Assembly: GCA_002789815.1 (NCBI GenBank)
Contig: PFTZ01000046.1
Location: forward strand, 1 to 44,375
Direction: 5' to 3'
Origin: Candidatus Berkelbacteria bacterium CG_4_9_14_3_um_filter_39_23
GTDB taxonomy: Bacteria > Patescibacteriota > UBA1384 > GWA2-35-9 > CG2-30-39-44
Length of the DNA stretch: 44,375 nucleotides
A model generated the notes under the pieces. That model saw only the letters and a list, made by a program, of their open reading frames with translations, made no database searches and had not been told where the DNA came from. The translations under genes and the position numbers were made by a program. Position 1 is the stretch's first letter; each line of letters begins with the position of its first letter. Of this stretch, positions 18,531 through 28,086 are shown piece by piece.

Positions 18531-19499
18531 ATGAATATAAAAAAAGTTTTTATTTGCCGACCGATTCCAGAGATTGCAGAGGAAATGTTAAAAAAAGCCG
18601 GTATTCAGGTTGAAAAAAATCCGCTTGATAAAATTTTGTCGCCTGACGAGCTCAAGAAAAAAGTAGCTGGAATGGACGCGGTTTTGTCTTTACTTTCAGA
18701 TAAAATCACCGCAGAGGTTTTAGCGTCAGCTGGTTCGCAACTTAAAATTGTGGCAAATTACGCGGTGGGAGTGGACAATATTGATATTAGAGCTTGCCAA
18801 GCCCAAGGCGTGATGGTTACCAATACGCCCGATGTTTTGACGGAGGCAGTGGCAGAACATGTTTTGGCTTTGACATTGGCGGTTACCCGTCGAGTGGTAG
18901 AGGCTGATCGTTTTACTCGCCGAGGTGAATTCAAGCAGTGGATGCCACTTGGTTTTATTGGTCCGTCGCTTTTTGGAAAAACGATGGGAATTATTGGTAT
19001 GGGCAGGATTGGATCTTTGACCGGTGAGATGGCTCATAGCGGATTCAAGATGAAGGTAATCTATTTTGACCTCAAGCGCGACAAAGAGTTTGAGAATAAA
19101 ACTGGCGCTAAGTTTGCGTCGATTGCCAAATTATTAAAAAATGCGGACGTGGTGAGCCTGAACGTTCCACTAACCCCCAAGACCAAGCACCTAATTTCTA
19201 GCCAAGAATTTAAACAGATGAAACAAACCGCCACTTTAATCAACACTAGCCGAGGTCCGGTAGTGGATGAAAAAGCGCTGGTATCTGCGCTGAAAAGTAA
19301 AGAGATTTGGGGCGCTGGGCTGGATGTATTTGAGGAGGAGCCGAAAGTCAACCCAGAGCTTATCAAAATGGATAATGTGGTTTTAACGCCTCATATTGCT
19401 TCGGCAACAAGCGAGGCGCGCGACGCGATGGCAGAGGTGGCGGCAAAAAATATTATTGCGGTTTTGGGTGGTAAGAAGCCATTGAATCAGGTTTGTTAA
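18531..19499 (+). CDS. D-isomer-specific 2-hydroxyacid dehydrogenase (glyoxylate/hydroxypyruvate reductase-like)
   Basis: Has the NAD-binding motif 'MGIIGMGRIGS' and the catalytic region 'VLTPHIASAT'. Confidence 0.85.
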   Translation: MNIKKVFICRPIPEIAEEMLKKAGIQVEKNPLDKILSPDELKKKVAGMDAVLSLLSDKITAEVLASAGSQLKIVANYAVGVDNIDIRACQAQGVMVTNTPDVLTEAVAEHVLALTLAVTRRVVEADRFTRRGEFKQWMPLGFIGPSLFGKTMGIIGMGRIGSLTGEMAHSGFKMKVIYFDLKRDKEFENKTGAKFASIAKLLKNADVVSLNVPLTPKTKHLISSQEFKQMKQTATLINTSRGPVVDEKALVSALKSKEIWGAGLDVFEEEPKVNPELIKMDNVVLTPHIASATSEARDAMAEVAAKNIIAVLGGKKPLNQVC

Positions 19500-19580
19500 A
19501 AATCTCAAAATGCAAATCTTAAATCTCGAAGCTTGTCCCGAGCGAAGTTGAGGGATGACAATTCAAAATTCAAAATTTTT
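19498..19580. repeat. Composite of both dispersed repeat families
   Basis: 'aaaatctcaaaatgcaaatcttaaatctc' (19498-19527) is followed by a 'cccgagcgaagttgagggatgacaa' GATGAC module (19538-19562) and then 'ttcaaaattcaaaat'. Confidence 0.7.
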
Positions 19581-19630
19581 ATGTTAGTTAATCTAAATAA
19601 AATTTTAACAATTATATCAAGGAGGCCATT

Positions 19631-20287
19631 ATGTCGACAGAAATGGTGGGTTCGCCCGAATTAGAAGGAGCTATGCAGAAACCACTCGAATTAGCGTCTA
19701 GACTGTATGCACCAGATCAATCATTGCCCGTGTCAGATGTAGGAAAATACAAGGAAAATGCTCAGCAAGCACAACTATGCTTTGAGGAGATAACCAAAAA
19801 ACAAGCAAGCGAGCCAGCTCGTTTAGAGTTCCTAAAAAAATTTGGTTTTGATCCTAAAGAATTAGAGGGAAAAGGAAAAGAACTAAGAGCTTCATTTGAT
19901 CCGGTCGGTATGCTTGACAATGCCGAAATGAAAAGAAGGTATGCTTTATTATTTACTCCTACGGCAATGGGGCAGATAAGTCATTCTGACTTATCGGTAG
20001 GGCTAAAAGCAGAAATGACCCGTCAGGGTAGAAAATTGATACGGGCTATAGTGGACAATAATCCTAACGCGATTTTTGAAACAGACGATCCGGCAGTGAA
20101 CGCAGATGATATAAAAAAATTCGTACAAACAAGAAATGAGGACCCAGAAAAGAGTCGCGAGGTTGCCGAGCAGGGTATGGTAAATATTCACGGGGAAAAT
20201 AAAGGGGAGATAAAAAACTTCAATATGTATTATCCAGAGCATTACTTTTCAAAGCAACAAAATTATAAGGTATGCTTACCAATTTAA
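19631..20287 (+). CDS. Hypothetical protein (218 aa), orphan inside the sugar-phosphate operon
   Basis: Strong RBS 'caaggagg' 6 nt upstream. Its 3' end overlaps the aldolase start by 16 nt. I recognise no motif. Confidence 0.5.
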   Translation: MSTEMVGSPELEGAMQKPLELASRLYAPDQSLPVSDVGKYKENAQQAQLCFEEITKKQASEPARLEFLKKFGFDPKELEGKGKELRASFDPVGMLDNAEMKRRYALLFTPTAMGQISHSDLSVGLKAEMTRQGRKLIRAIVDNNPNAIFETDDPAVNADDIKKFVQTRNEDPEKSREVAEQGMVNIHGENKGEIKNFNMYYPEHYFSKQQNYKVCLPI

Positions 20288-21114
20288 ATAAAATTCTATC
20301 AGATGCTCGCAAAGGTGGCTATGCCATTGCCCAGTTTAATTTTTCCGATTTGGAAGTGGCGCAAGGCATTGCCGAGGGAGCGAGCGAGATGGGTTCATCG
20401 GTGATTTTTGGCGCTTCAGAAAAAGCGATTGAGTATGCGGGGATTGAAAATTTAGTGGATATTGTTAAAAATTTATCCGAGCAGTTTTCTCAAATTCCGA
20501 TGGCACTCCACCTTGATCATGGTAAAACTTTTGAAATTTGCCAAAAAGCGATTGAAGCTGGCTTTACTTCGGTGATGGTTGATGGTTCCAAACATCCGTT
20601 TGAGGAAAATATTAAACTGACCAGAAAAGTAGTAGAGTTTGCTAAAGGCAAGGATATTAGTGTTGAAGGCGAGCTGGGAATGGTGGCAGATTTAAAGAAA
20701 TTAGAGATAGATAAAGATGCAATCGTTTTTCCAACAGGAGAACAAGCTCGAGAATTTATTGAAAAAACCGGAGTGGATGCGTTGGCGGTGGGGCTGGGAA
20801 CAGCCCACGGCTTGCCATTGCCAGATGAAAGAATTCATTTTGCTGTTTTGAAAGAGGTGGCGGACGCGGTTTCAGCGCCACTGGTCCTCCACGGCGGATC
20901 CAATTTACCAACTTTTGACGTAAAAAAAGCGGTCAAGATGGGGGTTTGCAAAGTCAATGTTGACACCGAGCTTCGCCAGGCGTTCACTGGGGCTATCAGA
21001 AAAGATTTGAAAGATAAAGCCACGCTTGACCCGCGCGAGTATTTGGGCGATGCAAGAGAAGCTATCAAACAAGCAGTGATTAGAAAAATAAAAGAGATAA
21101 ATGGAGAACATTAG
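20272..21114 (+). CDS. fba: Class II fructose/tagatose-bisphosphate aldolase
   Basis: Has the Zn ligand motifs 'ALHLDHGK' and 'LVLHGGSN'. Confidence 0.85.
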   Translation: MLTNLNKILSDARKGGYAIAQFNFSDLEVAQGIAEGASEMGSSVIFGASEKAIEYAGIENLVDIVKNLSEQFSQIPMALHLDHGKTFEICQKAIEAGFTSVMVDGSKHPFEENIKLTRKVVEFAKGKDISVEGELGMVADLKKLEIDKDAIVFPTGEQAREFIEKTGVDALAVGLGTAHGLPLPDERIHFAVLKEVADAVSAPLVLHGGSNLPTFDVKKAVKMGVCKVNVDTELRQAFTGAIRKDLKDKATLDPREYLGDAREAIKQAVIRKIKEINGEH

Positions 21115-21260
21115 TATAGAAGATTCAGAACAATTTGGTTCCGATCCTAGCCTTAGTGTCGAAGACGAGATGGAGGAAATACGACAACGCCAAGAAGAAA
21201 GAGCTCATAAAGCCAAGAAAAAAATAGAAGAAGTTTTAAATAAGTATGAAGGAGAGAAAA

Positions 21261-22277
21261 ATGAACAAAATTAAAGTCGCGATCAATGGTTTTGGTCGGA
21301 TCGGCAGGAGCGCGTTTAAAATCGCGTTTGATAAATTTCCTGATAAAATCGAGGTGGTGGCGATCAATGATCTAGCAGATAATGCCACGCTCGCGCATCT
21401 TTTAAAATATGATAGCAACTATGGAGTTTGGGGGCATCAGACCAGCTCAAGCGATGACGCGGTTATGGTAGATGGAAAAAAAATTAAAGCGCTGGCGGAA
21501 AAAGAACCAGATAAATTACCCTGGAAAGAATTAGATGTAGATGTGGTTTTAGAATGCACGGGCGTTTTTACTGAAAAAGATAAAGCGGCGCTTCACCTGA
21601 AAGCTGGCGCTAAAAAAGTAATTATCAGCGCTCCGTCCAAGGGCGATAATCCCGCCCTCACTTATGTTTTGGGAGTGAACGAGACAGGCGATGAAGATAT
21701 AATCAACAACGGCTCTTGCACGACGAATTGCATCTCCCCGATAATGAAAGTGTTAGAAGAAAATTTAGGGGTAGAAAAAGCATTTATGACCACAGTTCAT
21801 GCCTATACTGCCGACCAAAGTTTGCAGGATGCGCCTCATCATGATTTGCATCGGGCGCGCGCCGCCACGGAAAATATCGTGCCAACTACGACTGGGGCGG
21901 CAATCGCTTCAACTGAAGTTATCCCTAGCTTAAAGGGAAAATTTGACGGTATGGCGATCCGAGTGCCAGTGCCGGTTGGCTCAATTTCTGATATTACCGC
22001 TTTAGTGAAAAAGGATATAACAGTTGAAAAGTTAAATAAAATGTTTATACTGGTAGCTAAGGAGGAAAGATTTCAGGGAATTTTAACCACTACTAATGAG
22101 CCGGTTGTATCTACCGATATTATTGGTTCGTCATATTCCGCCATTGTTGATTTGGGTTTGACGCGCGTTGTGGCTGGTAACCTTGTCAAAATTTTCGCTT
22201 GGTATGACAACGAATGGGGATATTCTACAAGATTGGTGGAACAGGTGGCAAGCGCGGGACAAGTTTTTAAGATTTGA
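21261..22277 (+). CDS. gap: Glyceraldehyde-3-phosphate dehydrogenase
   Basis: Has 'VAINGFGRIGRSAF' and the active site 'NGSCTTNCISP'. The ATG at 21261 follows 'gaaggagag'. Confidence 0.95.
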   Translation: MNKIKVAINGFGRIGRSAFKIAFDKFPDKIEVVAINDLADNATLAHLLKYDSNYGVWGHQTSSSDDAVMVDGKKIKALAEKEPDKLPWKELDVDVVLECTGVFTEKDKAALHLKAGAKKVIISAPSKGDNPALTYVLGVNETGDEDIINNGSCTTNCISPIMKVLEENLGVEKAFMTTVHAYTADQSLQDAPHHDLHRARAATENIVPTTTGAAIASTEVIPSLKGKFDGMAIRVPVPVGSISDITALVKKDITVEKLNKMFILVAKEERFQGILTTTNEPVVSTDIIGSSYSAIVDLGLTRVVAGNLVKIFAWYDNEWGYSTRLVEQVASAGQVFKI

Positions 22278-22286
22278 AATTTTATT

Positions 22287-23510
22287 ATGACTTCCTATCA
22301 AACTTTTATTTCTAACTTGGAAAAAGCGGGTGAGAAGCTGGGTAAGAAGCCGGTAGATTTTGAGGAACTAAAAATTCCGGAGAGAATTATTGAGGTTAAT
22401 TTTTTGTTTAAGGGTGAGATAATCACTGGCTGGCGCGTTCAGCATAATTCTAAACTCGGTCCTTACAAAGGCGGATTCCGTTATCATCCGGACATGAATT
22501 TAAGTGAAGCTAAAACATTGGCGGCTCTAATGACAATGAAATGCGCGGTGATGGATTTGCCGTTTGGCGGAGCTAAAGGCGGGCTTAGAATTAACCCAGC
22601 TAAATATACTAAAGAAGAACTAAAAAAAATTACCGAATTATTTATTCAAAGAATTGCGGATTTTATTGGACCGAATAAAGATATTCCAGCGCCAGATGTC
22701 AATACTAACTCGGAAACAATGGGCTGGATAGAGCGCGAGTATTCAAAGATTGTCGGCAAGAAAATCCCAGCAGTTGTTACCGGCAAAGCGATTGGAGCTG
22801 GTGGGTCTGAAGGGCGCGAAGAAGCAACCGGACTCGGCGGAGCTATCATTCTTGACGAAGCGATTAAAATTTTTAAAAAAAACCCACAAGATCTAACGGT
22901 TGCTATTCAAGGGTTTGGCAATGTGGGCATGCATTTAGCCAGGGAGTTGGACCAGCGAGGATATAAAGTAGTGGCGATCGCTGAAGCAAATGGAGGCACC
23001 TACCACCAAAATGGCTTAGATATTCAGCAGACTATGAAAGCCACTATGAAGCGAGAAATTTTAAAGCACACCTGTTATTGCAAAGAAGGAAATTGCAGTT
23101 TAGCAGATTGCAAATTAGTGGACGCGGATAAAGTGCTGGAACAAAAAGTGGATATTGTAGTGCCGGCAGCGATTGATAACCAAATAAATATGCATAATAT
23201 GAAACGAATCAAAGCCAAGATAATTTTAGAAATGGCAAATAACGGTATTACGCAAGAAGCGGAAGAATTTTTACAAAAAAATAAAGTGATGATAATCCCT
23301 GATGTGCTAGCCAACGCCGGTGGCGTGACTGTTTCGTATTTTGAGTGGAAGCAAAATATGGAGAAAAAACAATGGGAAAAAGCAAGGATTTTAACGCAAC
23401 TCGAAGAGATGATGAAATCTTCGTGGGATAAGGTAATCGCGCTTTCTAAGCAACACAATGCTAGCCTACGCGAAGCGTCCTATATTTTAGCCCTTGACAG
23501 ATTACTCTAA
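22287..23510 (+). CDS. gdhA: Glutamate dehydrogenase (Glu/Leu/Phe/Val dehydrogenase family)
   Basis: Has 'YKGGFRYHPD' and the catalytic Lys box 'LPFGGAKGGL'. Confidence 0.9.
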   Translation: MTSYQTFISNLEKAGEKLGKKPVDFEELKIPERIIEVNFLFKGEIITGWRVQHNSKLGPYKGGFRYHPDMNLSEAKTLAALMTMKCAVMDLPFGGAKGGLRINPAKYTKEELKKITELFIQRIADFIGPNKDIPAPDVNTNSETMGWIEREYSKIVGKKIPAVVTGKAIGAGGSEGREEATGLGGAIILDEAIKIFKKNPQDLTVAIQGFGNVGMHLARELDQRGYKVVAIAEANGGTYHQNGLDIQQTMKATMKREILKHTCYCKEGNCSLADCKLVDADKVLEQKVDIVVPAAIDNQINMHNMKRIKAKIILEMANNGITQEAEEFLQKNKVMIIPDVLANAGGVTVSYFEWKQNMEKKQWEKARILTQLEEMMKSSWDKVIALSKQHNASLREASYILALDRLL

Positions 23511-23523
23511 TTTTTGGTAAGAT
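23494..23523 (+). promoter_or_regulatory. Candidate 16S rRNA promoter
   Basis: TTGACA (23494-23499), an 18-nt spacer, then TAAGAT (23518-23523). The geometry matches the 23S promoter at 31194-31223. It overlaps the 3' end of gdhA. Confidence 0.45.
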
Positions 23524-23597
23524 AGGATTATTCAATTAATACAATTAGTTGTGCGAGCTCGTCCCAAAATGTGCTTTTGCGGTAGAATTCGGTAATT

Positions 23598-23790
23598 TGC
23601 AGTAAAAATGACATTAGACTCATTACGAAATAATTTTTCGTAGCGAAATTAAATAATTTTGAGCGAAAACAATAAAGAGTGAGGAAAGCGTAACAGGGTT
23701 ACGCTACGAGCTCTGAATTGTTTTTTAGCCAAAATTTGTTAATTGCAGTAGAAAAGATTATTTCGTAATGAGTCTAATATGAGGCGAGCT
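23598..23790 (+). repeat. ~180-nt extended imperfect hairpin in the 16S leader
   Basis: Perfect 22-nt arms 23612-23633 (attagactcattacgaaataat) and 23755-23776. The apex hairpin 23686-23704 (agcgtaa/ttacgct) is centred at the same axis (about 23695). Imperfect pairing lies between. Confidence 0.8.
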
Positions 23791-23795
23791 TTATA

Positions 23796-23808
23796 CGAAC
23801 TTTAACAA
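23796..23808 (+). promoter_or_regulatory. boxA-like antitermination element (16S leader)
   Basis: 'gaactttaacaag' contains CTTTAACAA, the core of the E. coli rrn boxA (TGCTCTTTAACAA). It is preceded by 'aggcgag' at 23781-23787. Confidence 0.6.
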
Positions 23809-24020
23809 GTGGTATGTTTGTACCACATCAAGATTTAAATACGCCAATATTCAAAATTCCGTAAGTTTGGAATTTGTATCTTGAAATTTAAAATTTTTCC
23901 GTCATCAGGCGGAACTTATATCTTTATGTGGTTGTAATACGCGCCAAATTTGTTTTTTATAACAAATTAGAGTTTTTTACATTTAACTCTGTTTTGAGCA
24001 AAAAAATAGAGATCAAATTT

Positions 24021-25484
<1,464 letters not shown>

Positions 25485-25581
25485 AGGGAGAATTTTAATC
25501 CCAACATAAAGTTGTTGGGAAGGTCGGAATCTCGCAAGAGATTTATTACTGCGTCGTATTACAACCACATTAGGATATAAC

Positions 25582-25606
25582 AAAAACCGCCGATAAGGCG
25601 GTTTTT
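25582..25606. terminator. Bidirectional rho-independent terminator after 16S
   Basis: aaaaaccgcc-gataa-ggcggttttt has an A-tract on one side and a T-tract on the other. It can therefore also terminate the convergent minus-strand ORF 25672-25884. Confidence 0.75.
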
Positions 25607-25671
25607 GAATTTTCAATTTCCAATAATCAATTTTCAAAATGGCAATGTAAAATTAAAAATAAGGGGCAATT

Positions 25672-25884
25672 TCAAGATCTTTGTTTTGCCCAGTTGACGA
25701 TGGTTAATGTTAGCAAAACCACTAAAAAAATTATCAGATATAGAACGACTGAGCCCCAAGCAGTGGAGTACAAAAATTGTTTCTCGCCTTTTACAAGCTC
25801 GTCAAACTGGTTGATGTAATAATAATACCGCACAAAAGGCAAGAGAACGAAACTGGCAATTATACTGGTTAAAATTGTTTTCAT
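25672..25884 (-). CDS. Hypothetical small membrane protein (70 aa, 2 TM)
   Basis: ORF with two hydrophobic segments. I recognise no family. Confidence 0.3.
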   Translation of the reverse strand: MKTILTSIIASFVLLPFVRYYYYINQFDELVKGEKQFLYSTAWGSVVLYLIIFLVVLLTLTIVNWAKQRS

Positions 25885-26087
25885 AATAAAATTATCTGAC
25901 CTCCGAAATCCGATATCTGGTATCTGAACCTTGGTGGTGTGTTTTGAATTCTGCTCGTGCGGGCAAAAAGACCCTTCTCCGTAAAACTACAGACGGTTAA
26001 AAGGGGGTTGGAGGGAAGAAATTTTTGCTCGCCCTCGCTTTTCCGTCGCCAAATTTCGTGCCAGTGAAACTGGCGCGCCGCCTAAAT

Positions 26088-26621
26088 CTATTTTACCGTA
26101 TTAAGCAATTCGTTATTATAATCTCGCATTGTATCTTTATTCGTCGGTTTATACAAAATATTTTCTTTGTATTTTAAATAAACTTCGCTATCGGAATGGT
26201 CGGTTAAAGTTATATCATCTTTTACAACTTCCAAAACAACATTTCTATTTTTATTTTGAGTGATTTTTGCATGGCTGAAAGCGTCAATATAAACCATATT
26301 TTCCCATTTGTCTAACATTTTGAAATGATGAATGTTTTCTGACCACGCAAGCGGGACAACATGATGAAGCTCAAAACCAAGGGTTTTTACGACCGTTTGT
26401 TTTACAAAATACTGATATTTTTCGTTTAACGACCTGTCCAACCTCGTTGTTGTCTCGCTAAAACTATTTTGCCCCTCTTTTAATACTAATTGTTCGCCTC
26501 GCACTTCAAAATATACTGTCTGATTTAAAAGATAATATACTTGGACGATTTTGTTGTGCCAGTTATGAAAATCTCTTTTACTAGGTTTTGATCCAGAAAA
26601 ATTTTTTGGTTTTAATTCCAC
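26088..26621 (-). CDS. HNH (beta-beta-alpha-Me) nuclease domain protein; C-terminal part of a stop-interrupted putative restriction endonuclease
   Basis: Has 'FELHHVVPLAWSEN' ... 'NMVYIDAFSHAKI' (His-His...Asn...His pattern). GTG start. It is in the same frame as ORF 26625-27314, separated by TAA plus one codon. Confidence 0.7.
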   Translation of the reverse strand: MELKPKNFSGSKPSKRDFHNWHNKIVQVYYLLNQTVYFEVRGEQLVLKEGQNSFSETTTRLDRSLNEKYQYFVKQTVVKTLGFELHHVVPLAWSENIHHFKMLDKWENMVYIDAFSHAKITQNKNRNVVLEVVKDDITLTDHSDSEVYLKYKENILYKPTNKDTMRDYNNELLNTVK

Positions 26622-26624
26622 TTT

Positions 26625-27314
26625 TTATATTTCTATAACAGATCTTCTTTGTGTTGGAGTTAAATTTCTGTATTCCTTGATAAGTTCAACTGCTTTATCC
26701 GTATTGATATTAAAACTAGATTCTGTGCCAATGGCAGAAACAAAAAACATATACTCATAAATACTGATTTTATCTATATCGTATTCTTTATCTCTTAAAA
26801 TATCTAAAATAATATCAATGTATCCGCCGAGCAAACTATCTATTCCTTTAGAAAAGATAAAATATTTGTCCAGAATAGTTTTTGCCTTGATTAACTTCAA
26901 GCCCTGATTACTTATTGAAACATATTTAACATTTTGCCTAGAAAAAGAATCCGTTGGTTCTTTTTTCTTGTCATATCGTTCAATCAATCCCATTCTGTGA
27001 AGATCAACAAACAAATTTTTTCGCATTGCGTCTTGAGTGCCTATACCTGCTTTTTGTTTAGCTTCATTACAAAATTGAGCATATAAAAACTCTTCGGAAT
27101 AATTTTCTGGTCTCTTGGAAATGTCGGTCGTCCGAATTGTCATCAAATTTTGATTCGGGGCGTATTTATCCAGCAATATTAAAATATCAATGATTTGCGT
27201 CATCACATAACGATTATGTTCCGAAGAAGGAGAGCCACGATACTTCTCGTTTCTTGTTCTAGAATCAATAAATTCTAGAGCTTTATTTCCTGAATTTATA
27301 TTATTTATTGCCAT
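26625..27314 (-). CDS. Unknown 229-aa protein, probable DNA-recognition part of the restriction enzyme
   Basis: Overlaps the upstream methyltransferase gene by 14 nt. I see no nuclease motif. 'LFVDLHRMGLIERYDKK' looks like a winged-helix segment (weak). Confidence 0.55.
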   Translation of the reverse strand: MAINNINSGNKALEFIDSRTRNEKYRGSPSSEHNRYVMTQIIDILILLDKYAPNQNLMTIRTTDISKRPENYSEEFLYAQFCNEAKQKAGIGTQDAMRKNLFVDLHRMGLIERYDKKKEPTDSFSRQNVKYVSISNQGLKLIKAKTILDKYFIFSKGIDSLLGGYIDIILDILRDKEYDIDKISIYEYMFFVSAIGTESSFNINTDKAVELIKEYRNLTPTQRRSVIEI

Positions 27315-28083
27315 ATTTAATCAAGTTTCTTTTTGCTAATTTAACATAGTTTTTATTATTGTCGGAACAAATAAAATTTCTTTTTAATTTTTTTGCGGCT
27401 ACAGCAGTTATGCCGCTTCCGACAAAACAATCTAAAACAAGATCGCCGACATTTGAACTTGCTTTTATAATTCTTTCCACTAATTCTAGTGGTTTAGGTG
27501 TAATATGAGACATTTTAGGAGTTTTGCCGTTGATTTTATTTTTATGCCTCTCGCTTGTGATATGCCATACTTCACCGCAAAGCCTGCCTTTCGGATTAGG
27601 AAACCACCTTTTGCCGTCTTTTAAAATCCCTTTTATCTTTGCGTGTTCAATTCTATCAGTTGATTCATAGGGTACACGAACATCGTCATAATTAAAAATA
27701 TGATTTTCGCCCTTGGTAAAAAACAAAATTGATTCTTGCCCGTTGCTGAATTTTTGTTTTGCCCCGCCCAATCCGTCTCTTTTATCCCAAGTTATCCAAT
27801 TTTGAAAAAATAACCCTTTCGTCACTAAATAAAAAAGAATAAAAGCCGAATTGTAGGGGGTGTTAAAAATATACAAACTGCCGTTTGATTTTAATTTAGG
27901 GATTAAAGCGTCAATCCAGTGAAATGTAAAATCAAAAAAATCTTTTTCGCTCTCAAAACTATCCCATTTTGCCTTATTCAAATTATATGGCGGATCAATA
28001 ACGGCGAGATTTATTGATTTATCATCAATTTTATTTAAAAACTCAAGGCAATCTAAATTGTAAATTTCGTTTATTTTTTTCAT
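27301..28083 (-). CDS. Beta-class N6-adenine/N4-cytosine DNA methyltransferase (DPPY type)
   Basis: Motif IV 'LAVIDPPYNLN' is N-terminal and motif I 'VLDCFVGSGIT' is C-terminal, which is the beta permutation of the N6_N4_Mtase family. Confidence 0.9.
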   Translation of the reverse strand: MKKINEIYNLDCLEFLNKIDDKSINLAVIDPPYNLNKAKWDSFESEKDFFDFTFHWIDALIPKLKSNGSLYIFNTPYNSAFILFYLVTKGLFFQNWITWDKRDGLGGAKQKFSNGQESILFFTKGENHIFNYDDVRVPYESTDRIEHAKIKGILKDGKRWFPNPKGRLCGEVWHITSERHKNKINGKTPKMSHITPKPLELVERIIKASSNVGDLVLDCFVGSGITAVAAKKLKRNFICSDNNKNYVKLAKRNLIKYGNK

Positions 28084-28086
28084 AAC

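Noticed and set aside
25925-25942. 'ccttggtggtgtg' as a possible direct repeat of the tRNA-Ile 3' end ('ttggtgggcgcg', 29039-29050) marking the far end of the island
   Set aside because: Only about 7-8 nt match, which is within chance expectation. I found no convincing att-type repeat and no integrase gene.
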